This document shows, one piece after another, positions 35,510-47,171 of a DNA stretch of 64,000 nt; within the stretch, counting starts at the first letter, position 1; each line of letters opens with the position of its first letter. This DNA is from Centroscyllium fabricii (taxonomy: Eukaryota): positions 65,038,001 to 65,102,000 of the forward strand of contig JBNRSN020000028.1 in assembly GCA_051313645.2 (NCBI GenBank). Direction: 5' to 3'. Position numbers and translations under genes: made by a program. The notes under the pieces were generated by a model, which was given only the letters and a program-made list of their open reading frames with translations, was not told where the DNA came from and made no database searches.

Positions 35510-37539
35510 GACTGTTCATTTAAAGGAATTCATTGCAGAGCTGGAAAGGCATGCAAAAACTGTTAATGATTTGATACGGGAGGACAGGAACGCCTCGGAG
35601 CAGGCTGCACGGAATGAGGTGTGTGTGTTGTATGAGCATGGTTGCTGGGCGAGGGCCGCAGTAACCTGGAGGACCTGAGGCAAGGTCGCGTCCCTTCATG
35701 GTTAAGCAATAAGCATCTTGCTGTGCTGCACCCGTATAGCAATTTGTTGAGCCCATGCCAGCTTCATTTAGCCTCTGAAGCCTACCCTGTCCCTATAGAT
35801 TGCAGGTGGTCCAACCATACAGTGATGGGAATTGTAGTGAGGATGCCGGTAATGGGCGGGTCATCCTGGCTGGCGCCGTTATACAGGGTTGAGAATATCG
35901 GGGTCATTCGTGGAGGAGTGCATGTTCGTTTTAAAGTGGTCCCGCTGTTTGTCATAAAGTGGGAGCATTCTATGACAGGCACTGACCTCTCCAGATGCCA
36001 GAGCTGGGGTGCACAAATAATACTATGTCCCCAGCACCTGAATGCTTTTGCACGACCAGAATGTGGGTTTGCTTCTGCAGGTGCGGAACCTATCAATTGC
36101 ACCATGGAAGTGATGGCACCACATCATGTACCTCCACAGGTAGCATACGTAGGGAGTGGGACATATTGGGCCAGAAATTCCAGTCTGCCGGTTTGTGCGG
36201 GTGCAAGGATCATGCGGACACCTTTAGCACCGCACCAGAATCGCACATTTTTTATGGCCATAACTTCCTGTTGGCTCCGCCCCGTTCCAGGGCTGTGTGG
36301 CAGTCCAGCCACGCTAGTAGTGCTGTATATCCGCTGCCGTCGTGCGTGCGTAGCAGTGATGCCCCGCCCACAGATCCCTAATTTAAATAAAAAACGCCCC
36401 CTGCTTCACAGTCGGACTTCTTAGAGAGCAGGGACGTGAGGCCGTTATTAGGACCACGCCCACTGCTGCACCCACAGACTCGGCAGTGAGCACCGCGGCC
36501 AGAGCAGCTTTTCAATGGGGGTAAGTCTTAGCGATTTTTTCTCTTAGTTTTTTAAATTAAGGAAATAGTTAAAAATTTCAGAACTTTAAATTTAAAAATA
36601 AGTGATTTGGAATAGGTATAACAATTGAAATTCGGATTTTTAATTTTTTTAAAAAACTTTAACAGCCAAATTTAATGATAGCGATCTGGCCACATTACTC
36701 CAAAAAATTGATAAAACTTAAAATTAAAGGTAAAAAAGTCAATTACCTTGTTTAGGAATGCACTGCTCTCACCAACGCACAGGTTACGACTCCTTTTTTC
36801 CCGTGCAGCTCCAAGCCCATTTGCCCACAGATGAACGCACAGAATCACACCCAAAAACATCAGGATTTTTGGGTGCAATTCTTTTGTGCATTCCATGCTG
36901 AGGCCTCTTCTCCCTCAGCATCAGAAAGCTTCGATCCATGGGCATGCCCCGTGCGATCATTGCACGGGGCATATTGGCACCCTCCGTGCGGGTGCAAGTG
37001 GTACTAGGCACCCGAATTTCTGGCCCATTGTGTCACCACAATGAACTCTGCCACTGGTACAGCCAGGACATGTGGTGTCCGGTGAGTGAGAACAGTTTTT
37101 GCTTCAAACCCAAGGCTGAGGTTCAAGTGGCACAAGAGCGAATTACTCCCATCCCCGAACTCTCAACCATTCACCTTACTGTGAACAACACCTTCACGTG
37201 TCTCCAGGACTATGTGTAACATTTCAGATACCAGATTCCTTTCTGCCAGAACACCTCACTGAGTTAATAAAGACCATTGAGCTCTCCCAGAAACATTTTT
37301 ACACTTTTGTGCAAAAGACAGTAGTAGTGGGGGAGGAGATCAAGGGGATTGTCTCACCACCATGGTGGGATATCGGTCTGAGTATAGAGATTCCTCCCTG
37401 GATCCGCACCTGTTCCCATGCATTAGTTATCATACAATTGTTGCTTGTCAACTACTTGTTTTACACCAGCTGCAGGCAACGGAGCCAAATGCTCCGAGCG
37501 CGGTGGCAAGGGGTGTTAGATCGATCCGGAAAGGTGTAA
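35510..37539 (+). pseudogene. env: ERV-A env segments 3-4 (F1-like cysteine-rich ectodomain and TM), split by the MITE at 36168-37026
   Basis: VPSWLSNKHL, VMGIVVRMP, LYRVENIG, DLSRC...ILCP...ECG...NCT, GTY|CVTT and TM CSHALVIIQLLLVNYLFY. Confidence 0.85.
36168..37026. mobile_element. PIF/Harbinger-type MITE
   Basis: TIRs gggccagaaattc / gaatttctggccc. ATT TSD at 36165-36167 and 37027-37029. Confidence 0.9.
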
Positions 37540-37934
37540 TTGATTTATGTTGATGATGGTTTTCTCCCTGCCAAAACTTGTAATGTACTGAAGTTCTGTA
37601 AGCAAGCGTATTGTATTTTGTTTATAGGTTTTACACTCTATATTGAGCGATGTGCACGGTGACTTTTTGGTAACGTCCTGTGGATCTTATTAATGTTCTG
37701 TCTTTTAACTTGAATTTTGCTAGTGGGAATTGGAACCTAGCTGTTTGAATGTGTTAAGAAACGGTTTTGCTGATGTTTTGACTCGGTAGAAGGGAACTAT
37801 GATGCGCAGTAAGGGGTAAAGTTCTGGGGTTTCAAAATGTAAAATTAGGGAAACCGCTTCACTTGTGGGAGACTTTGGCCTTTGCTCTGTCGTCTAGTGA
37901 TGCTTTGTGGATAGAAAAGCATCAAAAGGGGGAC

Positions 37935-38700
37935 TGAAGAGATCGTAAAGTCTCTGTTTGAAAAATGGACTCAGTCGAGAATATTTTTGTGCATTTTATG
38001 GGATTTTTCTGGGGCATTTTCCCTGTGGTGGGATCGTCCTGTGCAGATGCGTGGGGGGCTGGTTTGTTGAAATTCCAGAGAATGCATGACAGTTGGCTAT
38101 GACAAAAGAACTGTCAATCATCCAGATTGTATGGGTTCACCCAACAGTCCTGGAAAAAGGAAGGGGGCCATTGAACTTGAACTTATTAGAAAGCCATTCT
38201 AATATGGAAAAGCACTTTTCACCTCCATCTCAGAAGAGAAGCAGAACAATGAACCCACTGGCTTCAGCCAGCCAAAGCGGAGACAGTTTTTTGCCAACAC
38301 AAAGGCCGAAAGATATGTCCCAGACTTAGGGCCATTAATCTAATCACAGAATACTCATGGGTCTGATGATGACACATCACTGATTAAGCACTGGAGTGCT
38401 TAGAAACAAAAGGATTTTAAAGATTGGTGGGAATGATAGGGGTAGCCAGACTCCTATAAAGATAGATTCTTTTCCACCATTCTCTCTCTCTCTCGCTCCC
38501 GCTCCAACAAGATCGACCTAACAAGAAGTACCAGAGAAGCCGCCGAGCGGAGCGATCAAAACTGACCGCGTGTGGGGGTAACCATAGTCTCGAGTATCCC
38601 AAGCCAGTAACCCAATATCCCAGGCGAGCTGGGTGAGTTGTAAGGGCTCTCAGAAGTGAAGTTTTCAGTACTGAGCAACACTTTGCAGGTTCATTTTGAT
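37935..38700 (+). repeat. Putative ERV-A 3' LTR (3' end unresolved)
   Basis: Follows PPT aaaaggggg-ac and starts TG. TATAAA at about 38455 followed by (TC)n. No partner LTR in the window. Confidence 0.55.
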
Positions 38701-38769
38701 TTGACCTTCCTTGCATCGATTTAGAAGAGACTATGAGGGCTGGACGCTGAGCTCTTTCCGGCAGATTTG

Positions 38770-39110
38770 ATGTACAGGTCTCTCCAGGCCAAGGTTCAAG
38801 GCTGCAATGAGTAGGGTGTGGATGGAGAGCAAGATCGACCCTTCCCTTTAAAAACTGACCAGCGCCAGTGTGTCTGTGTTCCATTGCTGACTGACATCAC
38901 ATGAGCTTTGCCAGCGCTCTGAGGTAGCGCCTCGCTCCTTGACGTTAGCACCTTAAGAGAGGTGTGTAGCGCCTATTTTAGCGCTCAAATCACCTCCAGG
39001 GGCGATAGAAGCCAAGTTTGCAGTCAGAGGCGATAATTAGCGGCAGGCGCTAAACTTTGCACCTGGCCGATAATTGGACCCCAAACGGGGCGATACCGAA
39101 TTTCTCCCCC
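38770..39110. mobile_element. Harbinger-type MITE fragment (right end)
   Basis: Ends gaatttctccccc plus ATT, like the other GGG-AAATT-type termini in the window. Left boundary is approximate. Confidence 0.5.
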
Positions 39111-39299
39111 ATTCTTTATGAGAACTGCACTGGCTAGGGTAGTTAGTAAATTATGAACAATTAACTGAGTCCCCTTGGTATTAACAATTAATAGATAAAG
39201 ATAAAAACAGTCAGGAACATTTTACAGTGGCTGAGAAGGCAAAGGAGATTCTTTAATGTAAATTTCCACCCTTGCATATTTTTCACAACCTGAATTGAC

Positions 39300-39518
39300 C
39301 GGGAAGGGTGAGCGAGCGCCAAAGGTGTCAAGTGTTTGGGTTTCTGCTTTTTAGTGTTCTACCGTGCGCTCCGGGCCCTGGGGAGTGTTCTACCGCACGC
39401 TCCGGGCCCTGGGGAGTGTTCTACCATGCGCTCCCCCCGAACCTTCAGTGGTTCGGAATTTTCAGTGGTCTGGCACTGGCCCGGTCCCAAGGGTGCCGGA
39501 TTAACGGTGCTCAACCAG
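39300..39518. repeat. Short element with about 31-bp tandem units and a Tc1/pogo-like right terminus
   Basis: agtgttctaccgYRcgctccgggccctgggg repeated about 2.5 times. Ends ccggattaacggtgctcaaccag plus TA. Confidence 0.45.
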
Positions 39519-39877
39519 TACTATCAAACTGCCATTTCATGAGTGATGACTCCATTGATGAGTCATTTCCATTTGTAAATTCTTTACATATAATAGCTGA
39601 GTATTGACCATAATTTGAGAAAAGAAACTACAGAGCTGCAGTCATATGATATTATGGAACGATACAAACAGAGAGAAATAAAAAGGCAGAAGTATAATAC
39701 AGTGAAAAAGAGAATGTGTAAATTAGGGCAGTGCAGGCAGTCCTGGTGCAGCTTGAAACTGCTAACTTACCGAAATGTACAGTTGCTTTAAGAATCTGTT
39801 CAAATGGGTTTTAACACAAGGTCTAAAATATAAACATCTTGTAACATCTATGAGTTTGGTGTCGGGCAAATAACAAT

Positions 39878-40871
39878 GGGCCATATTTTCCGATCGGAGG
39901 CTTGCTGCGCGTGGAGACCACCAATCTGGAAAAAATCTATGCTCTTAACTGAGGGCTCCCGAGGTCTGGATACTTCCGCTCCTGGGCCTCTCCTACTCGA
40001 AATGCACAGGGGCTACGTATCCCAGAGGCGCATCTGGTTCGCGAGCGTCCCTGAGATCACGTGGGCCATGGGGAGCCAATCAAAGAAGGGAATCCCTCTT
40101 CATACACTTCACAGATAGACCTGTCAGCTATATGAATGGAGATCACCCCAAAAACACTGTAAAACATTAAATATTTTTATTTTTAAATCTCCTTTTTAAA
40201 ACTAGTCCAAATTACAATAAATTAAATATTTTAAACAAAAATGTAATTTTTTGAAAAAAATAAAAATAAATTACAGGGTGTGGCGGATCGCCAGCTGGCG
40301 AATCCACCTCGGGAATACTGCGGGGCATAGCCCCGCCCACCGGGTGACGCGATGACGTCATCACGTCTCAGCGTGACGACGTCAGAGGTCAGGGGTTGCA
40401 GAGCGGGGGTTTTAAAAGAGCCTGCTCCTCGTGGCTCAGTCTCTTTCTGTTTAGGTTTTGTTGAATAAAGAAGTGTTGATTGTACCTCTTCGGCTCCTGC
40501 TTGATCCTTGGGTCCTGTAAGCACTACAGGGGCTAAAATAAACTTACCTTTTTCAAAGCACTTTTAAATTAAAAAATGATAAATGAGTGAAAAAAATATT
40601 TTTTTTTTACTTTTTTCAAATCTTATGCTTTTACCAGGCGTAAGATTTCGAAGGGTTTTCTGCGGGCAGAGATTCTCCAGAAAGCGAAACTATCTGCCCG
40701 CAGAGGCCCTTCTCCAGGGCAGGCGTCCGATCTGTCAAGAGGATTCTTGAGAGATCGGAAATGCCGGTTTTCAGCACATGCGCTGTGCATACCTGAAACC
40801 GGCATTTCTGATGTCCCTATGGGTGTGTACACAGCGCATACACACCTGCAGGGATCGTAATGTCAAGCCCC
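39878..40871. mobile_element. Degenerate Harbinger-type MITE containing a solo LTR
   Basis: Left AAT plus gggccatattttccgatc. Decayed right end gatcgtaatgtcaagcccc. Confidence 0.55.
40279..40528 (+). repeat. Solo LTR related to the Gypsy at 47172-51594
   Basis: TGTGGCGG...CTACA, clearly homologous to 47172-47406. Flanks are AGGG and GGGG. Confidence 0.85.
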
Positions 40872-40873
40872 AT

Positions 40874-42883
40874 ATCATAGAATCATAGAATCATAGAAAC
40901 TTTACAGTGCGGATAAAGGCCATTCGGCCCATCCAGTCCGCACCGGCCCAGGAAAATCCTCACTATACTAACCCCATTTGCCCGCACCTGGCCCATAACC
41001 CTGTATGTTACGGTCCTTCATGTGCTGGTCCAAATATTTTTTAAATGTTGCGATGCTTTCTGCCTCCACCACCCTTATAGGCAGGGAGTTCCACACTTCC
41101 ACCACCCTCTGAGTAAAGAAATTTTTCCTTACCTCCCCTCTAAACCTCCCCCCCTAATCTTGAATCTATGTCCCCTAGTATTTGACTCTCCCACCAAGGG
41201 AAACAATGCCCCTTTATCCACCCTATCGTGTCCTCTCATGATCCTGTACACCTCAATCATGTCACCCCTCAATCTTCTCTTCTCCAAGGCAAACAACCCC
41301 AGCCTGTCCAGCCTTTCCTCGTAGCATAAGTCCCCCAGACCAGGTATCATCCTGGTAAACCTTCTCTGCACCCTCTCCAGGGCAACCACATCCTTCCTGA
41401 AGTGCGGTGACCAGAATTGCACACAGTACTCCAGCTGAGGTCTCACCAGCGTGTTATACAAGTTTAACATTACCTCCCTACTTTTGTATACTATGCCCTG
41501 GTTAATAAAGGCCAGAATTCCGTATGCCTTCTTAACCACCTTGTTTACGTGTCCAGCAACCTTCAGGGAGCTGTGCACCTGTACCCCAAGGTCCCTCTGT
41601 TCCTCGGTCCTACCTAACGTTTTTTTGTTCATGGTATATTCCCTTACCCCATTTGGTCTGCCGAATTGTATGACCTCGCATTTCTCTGGGTTGAACTCCA
41701 TTTGCCATTTTTCTGCCCAACTAACCATTACATTTATATCTTCCTGAAGCCTTTTACTATCTTCATCGTTATTTACCACCCTTCCAATTTTCGTATCATC
41801 AGCAAATTTGCTGATCGTACCCCCTACTCCCATGTCCAAATCATTGATGTATACTAGAAACAGTAAGGGTCCCAAAACCGATCCTTGGGGGACACCACTG
41901 GTTACTGGTTTCCAGTCACAGAAGCAGCCCTCTACCATTACCCTTTGTCTCCTATCCCCCAGCCAATTTTGAATCCACTGTGCCAAGTTGCCCTGTATCC
42001 CATGTGCTTTAACCTTTGTTATTAGTCTCCTATGTGGGACTTTATCAAAAGCCTTGCTAAAGTCCATATACACCACGTCAACTGTACTCCCTTCATCCAC
42101 CCTCTTTGTTACCTCTTCAAAGAATTCCAACAGATTGGTTAGGCATGACTTACCTTTGACGAAGCCATGCTGACTATCCCTTATCAAACCCTGCTTTTCC
42201 AAATGCAAACTGATTTTGTCCCTCAGAATTTTTTCCATTACTTTCCCCACTACAGATGTAAGACTGATTGGCCTATAGTTACCCGGTTTGTCCCTACTAC
42301 CCTTTTTAAACAGGGGTACTACATTAGCCGTTCTCCAGTCCTCAGGTACATCCCCTGACGCGAGAGAGGACCTGAAAATTTGAGACAGGGGGCCCGCAAG
42401 CTCTTCCCTGGCCTCGAACAGCAGCCTGGGGAACATCGCGTCCGGCCCTGGTGATTTGTCTACCTTTAAGCTTCCCAAGATTCCTAGTACTTCTTCCCCT
42501 GTAATGGTAATATCCTCAATTACCCCCCCTACACTCTGTCCGATTACGATGTCGGTTACGTCCCTCTCTCTTGTGAATACTGAAGAGAAAAATTCATTTA
42601 GTACCTCCCCCACCGCCTCGGGCTCGACGCACAGCTTTCCGCTATCGTCCTTAATGGGCCCCACCCTTTCCCTCGTGATCCTTTTGTTTTTTATATAACT
42701 GTAAAAAGCCTTAGTGTTATCCTTGATTTTGCCGGCCATTGCAATCTCATGACCCCTCTTGGCTTTTCTTATCTCCTTCTTTAATTCCCCCCTATACTTC
42801 TTATACTCCCCTAGTGCCTCCTCAGTTTTTAGCCGTTTATATTCATTGAAAGCCCCCCTTTTTTTCTTCATTAATTTACATAT
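40874..42883 (-). mobile_element. 5'-truncated CR1 LINE, near-identical to 28732-32162
   Basis: 580-aa ORF almost identical to the RT portion of the 29616 ORF. Same tail. Confidence 0.95.
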
Positions 42884-44833
42884 GTTTAACAGCTATGAAA
42901 ATCACCACCAAATATCAGTGTTATGTTACTAGACTTTCTCTTATTTAATTTTGATAATGCCTGGCAGCCGTTAGATCATGTATCATGGTGGATTAAAAGC
43001 CTTTGGAATTTGAATTGATTGAACAGTGGGCATTAACTAGAAATGACTGTCGGTTACAATAGTTTCTGGGAAATGTAATGCTGTAGATTTACATGTGATG
43101 TTGTTTTCGTGTTTTGGGTATCTTCTCCCTCACAGAGGGCAGACAATTGTTAGCAGTCAACCTCCTTCCTCCTCTGGTTCACAACAATATGTTTTGAGTA
43201 AGCACAAGACACTTTGTAGTGTAGTATATGGAACAGACTTTATTGATACACAGTACAGGTGATCAGCCTAACTGTATACAGAGAGTGGCTTTTCAGCTTC
43301 AAATCTATATTTTAAACCCTCCAAATGCTGAAAACCATGCTCCTTTATACACCATATTTTGCCTACATTAAAGGTAAATGTCATAGATAAGACTGCACAA
43401 CATATCTATTCCCAAATCCTTTGAAGACAGACTATTCATGTAAAGATTTGTAGTTGTTTCCCCTAAACAAGCTACTTCCCCTAAACAAGACTTCCTGATG
43501 TAACAGTCACTAACATCTTTGAAAAATAGACTTTATCAACCATCATCTTTTTATACTGTAGCTAATGGATACCTCTACCTATGTTTATTACCCTAGCTAC
43601 GTTTATTACCCTAAAGTTACACTTTAATCACTCATGGCTGACATCATTACTGTCATGTATTTCCTTACACAAGCACTTCTCGTATCAGAAAACAAGCTAT
43701 GCTTCCTCTCACAGAACTTCAAAGCCATCCTGTTTATATTGGCAAGCCTGTTGCTCCAAGATACAAAGAAGTTTGACTGTTAATCCTTTAACTCTCCACA
43801 ATGTCCAAAAACAATGAGAAGGGAGTAGTACCTAAATTAGCAACTACAGAAACAGCAACAATCTGCATTTATATAGCACCACTAACATAGAAAAACGTCC
43901 CAAGGCACTTTACAGAGGTGTAATCAGACAAAAATGAATCAGCTGTGAAGTGCAATTAGGAACCAGTTGAGCACCTGAACTAGACACAGGGAGGCAAAGC
44001 TAGTTGTTGGCTCACCAAATTGCTACAGGTCTTGCTATGACTGCCTGAGAAAAGACAGGTTAATTGGCCAAGACATGAAACCCTTCTGCGAGGACTCAGA
44101 GAGAAGTTACACATTTAATAGGGCTGATGGCCACCCATCCCTTCTCAGAAGTGTTCATTATATCGGGCATTGCAGGAAGTAGCTTAAAGCAGGTAACATT
44201 AATCAGGCAACAGTCTGATGTAGCTCATTCACATGCAGTGCTCTCATGATGCACAGTTCAGAGGACCTAGGGCTACCAGAATCCCAGTAATTTTTTAGTG
44301 AAACCTTGCAGCCATTCAATACACTTAGTCCTTTCATAAGGGAGTCAAAAGAAGGTATCATGCAGCTGAAAAAAAAGTTCAACACTGTGCCAGCTCAAGT
44401 AGCCAACATAACACATATTACAAAATAAAGGAAATAAAGGTTGATTTAAATATTGTGCTGATTATTTTTTTATCATTGGTTGCAATGCAGCAGGAGCCCA
44501 GCTAAGAAAGCAATAAATGGTTAATGAAGTAATGGCCAAAAAATGTAGGGCACACTCGTTTGAACATAGTTAATTGGCAGATGAGGTTGACCCTTTTAAG
44601 AAATGTTACATGGTTGTATTCCTTGAAAGACATCTAGATCAGCGGAGTTTTGGTGGGGCGATACTTCCAAACAAACTCAGTATCTGCCCAGCCATGACCT
44701 TTTTTCCTGGGTTGGGGTTTATTCAAGATGCATGGTGGGCTCCTGGAAGAATTTATGCTGCTAAGAGAGAGCTTGCAAATGCCAGACAAAAAACTCCAGT
44801 GGTGCCTTCAACAGGCAAGTCTCTTGAATCATT

Positions 44834-45157
44834 TCATAGAATCATAGAATCATAGAATCCCTACAGTGCAGATAGAGGCCATTTCGGCCCATCGAGCCTG
44901 CATTGACACATATCCCACCCTATCCCCGTAACCCCACATATTTAATCCTCCTAACACTAAGGGTCAATTGATCATGGCCAATCAACCTAACCCACACATC
45001 TTTGGACTGTAGGAGGAAACCGGAGCACCCGGAGGAAACCCACGCAGACGGGGAGAATGTGCAAACTCCACACAGATAGTCACCCGAGGCCGGATTTGAA
45101 CCCAGGCCCCTGGCGCTGTGAGGCAACAGTGCTAACCACTATGCCACCATGCCGCCC
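44834..45157 (-). mobile_element. V-SINE (HE1-like) with an alternative CR1-derived tail
   Basis: Same head and V-domain as 368-764. The tail resembles the 3' end of the CR1 at 32100-32162. Confidence 0.85.
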
Positions 45158-45574
45158 ATTTGGTGGGAGGTGAGCTCACTCCATTTGGATATTTACCACT
45201 CCACTTGGGGCCTACCGTCACCTTCCACATGGTGGGCCCAGGATGTGACAGCAAGTGTGGTGGAGAACAGGAAAATGCCCTGCGGCCTCAGGCTCTGCCA
45301 CCACTTACATATACCAGGGTCCACGGTAAGTGCAAACATGGGAACTCCGGAGGTGAGTGACCAATTCATGAAGTGGGGGTGGAATCCTATCAGGGGAGGC
45401 CTACAATCTCCTTGCAGCATCTGGAAGAGCACTCGTGTTCTTATATTGGTTCCTGAATTGCCTCTTACCTCTGGGCATCCTACTTTTATTGTGGCATTAT
45501 TTTCTGGAGATGGGAAAGGAGCAAAATATCACATGGACAGACAAGCCCTGCCCATTCTCCATAACCTGTCTACA

Positions 45575-45780
45575 TCATGGTGACTACACTTCAAAAGTAA
45601 TACATTGACTGCAAAGTGCTTTTAGACTTCCTGAGGACATGAAAGGTGTAAAGCCTGTTGCTCCAAGATACAAAGAAGTTTTACTGTTAATCCTTTAACT
45701 CTCCAAAATGTTCAACAACAATGAGAAGGGAACAGTGCCGAAATTAAAAACTACATAAGGTATAAATGCAAAGTCATTTT
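45575..45780 (+). mobile_element. DeuSINE/SacSINE-like or L2 3' tail remnant, interrupted
   Basis: gtgactacacttcaaaagta...gcaaagtgctttt...gaaaggtg ... tataaatgcaaagtc. A minus-strand remnant of the same tail lies at about 43846-43920. Confidence 0.55.
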
Positions 45781-46539
45781 TCTTTACATGTGGCAGAGTG
45801 GGCAATGGGCAGGTGACTTCAGCAGCCATCAAAGTGGACGGAGGAAAATTCCAGTGGCCTTTTTTGGGGTGACAGTTTGCTGGAAAGCAGACCTGCTCCA
45901 TTTTCACTTACTATCTACTTTGGCATAACCCATTTTCTGGAAGTAAAACTGAAGAAAATTCCCCTTATTAGTCTAAAACATTAACAGATAAAGTTAGCAC
46001 TCCTAGGGGATCATCTTAACCTAACCTACTTGGTGGGAAACTGACTTCAGTGGAAAGTAAAATTGGGTGGAGTGTAAAATGGGTGGCTGATTCAGTGCCA
46101 TCAGTTTCCCACCTGGCAAGTTGGGTTAAAAGTACCCACAAGATCTTAAAAGCTTTGTCCCTGTACTAATAGGATTTTTCTACGTTTGTGAAGAGATGGA
46201 TGCTCCTGAACTGGTTTTCTATCTTTGTATAGTTACTAATTGATCTGAGAAACATCTGACATGTTTCAAAGTTGTTATTTTAACTAGAGAAATTTATAAA
46301 GCACAATAGTGTAACATTAAAAAAAAAATTACAGCAATTATAGAGCATTCTTCTAAAACAACATGTGCTTCAAAGCAGAATGAAAGCCTTTTTCCCAGGA
46401 TTAATGAGCTTGCTGTTATTAAGACTGCATAGGTAGGTGAACCCACACCTCCCATCTTATAATTCCAGAATCCGACTTGAACCCCTTCCGGGTGGAGTAA
46501 AATGGTCAAGGCTCACAATCTCAGTACAACTCAGTATGT

Positions 46540-46665
46540 TAGCAAAATACTGCGGATGCTGGAAATCCAGTTCTGATGAAAGGTCTTCGACCTGAAACGT
46601 TAACTCTGTTTCTCTCTCCACCGATGCTGCCTGGCCTGCTGAGTTTCTCCAGCGTTTTCTGTTGT
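46540..46665 (+). mobile_element. Penelope-type short insert carrying a minimal hammerhead ribozyme
   Basis: CTGATGA-a-aggtc-ttc-gacct-GAAAC-GTTA core at 46573-46602. Flanked by the 15-bp direct repeat tacaactcagtatgt. Confidence 0.8.
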
Positions 46666-47171
46666 TACAACTCAGTATGTCTTTAACTATTTATAGTACT
46701 ACGAATAACATACAAATATTAATGCACTGTTCCCTTATAACTCCAAACAATACTAACATACACCGTTCCCTTTAACTGCTTAATTTCAAACACCACTCAC
46801 CCCGGCGATCAAGTGGAGGAGTCTGTTTCCATCTGTACGGGTGATCAAACCGTCCGCAGGTTCCTTGCAAGTTGCTACCCTCTGTTTCCAAACTCACCCT
46901 TTTATAATACAAAAGATCAAAACCTGTGACAATTGACGCAAACCCTTCCCCTTTTGATTGAACCATCTTAATCTCGTCTTTCTGACATTCTGTTCGATTT
47001 CAAACCATAAAATACAAAAAGTAATGTCTTCCTCCTGTTTGATGTTTGACCATTATCACACAAAGAAATGTCTTGGTTAGACACTCCCTTCCTTATCATC
47101 AGCTTGAAAGGTTAATGAACGGGTTTCAATCCAACGACAATCCTGTCATTAATATTTCCAAAAGATGAGGG

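Larger units (their letters stand above)
2597..38700 (+). mobile_element. ERV-A: lokiretrovirus-like provirus (pol 3' half, env, 3' LTR), fragmented by nested insertions
   Basis: pol at 2597-4733. env pieces rejoin across TSDs. PPT aaaaggggg at about 37924 is followed by TGAAG at 37935. The right end is approximate. Confidence 0.8.

Noticed and set aside
38360-38400. CTGATGA as a second hammerhead
   Set aside because: No stem II or GAAA follows.
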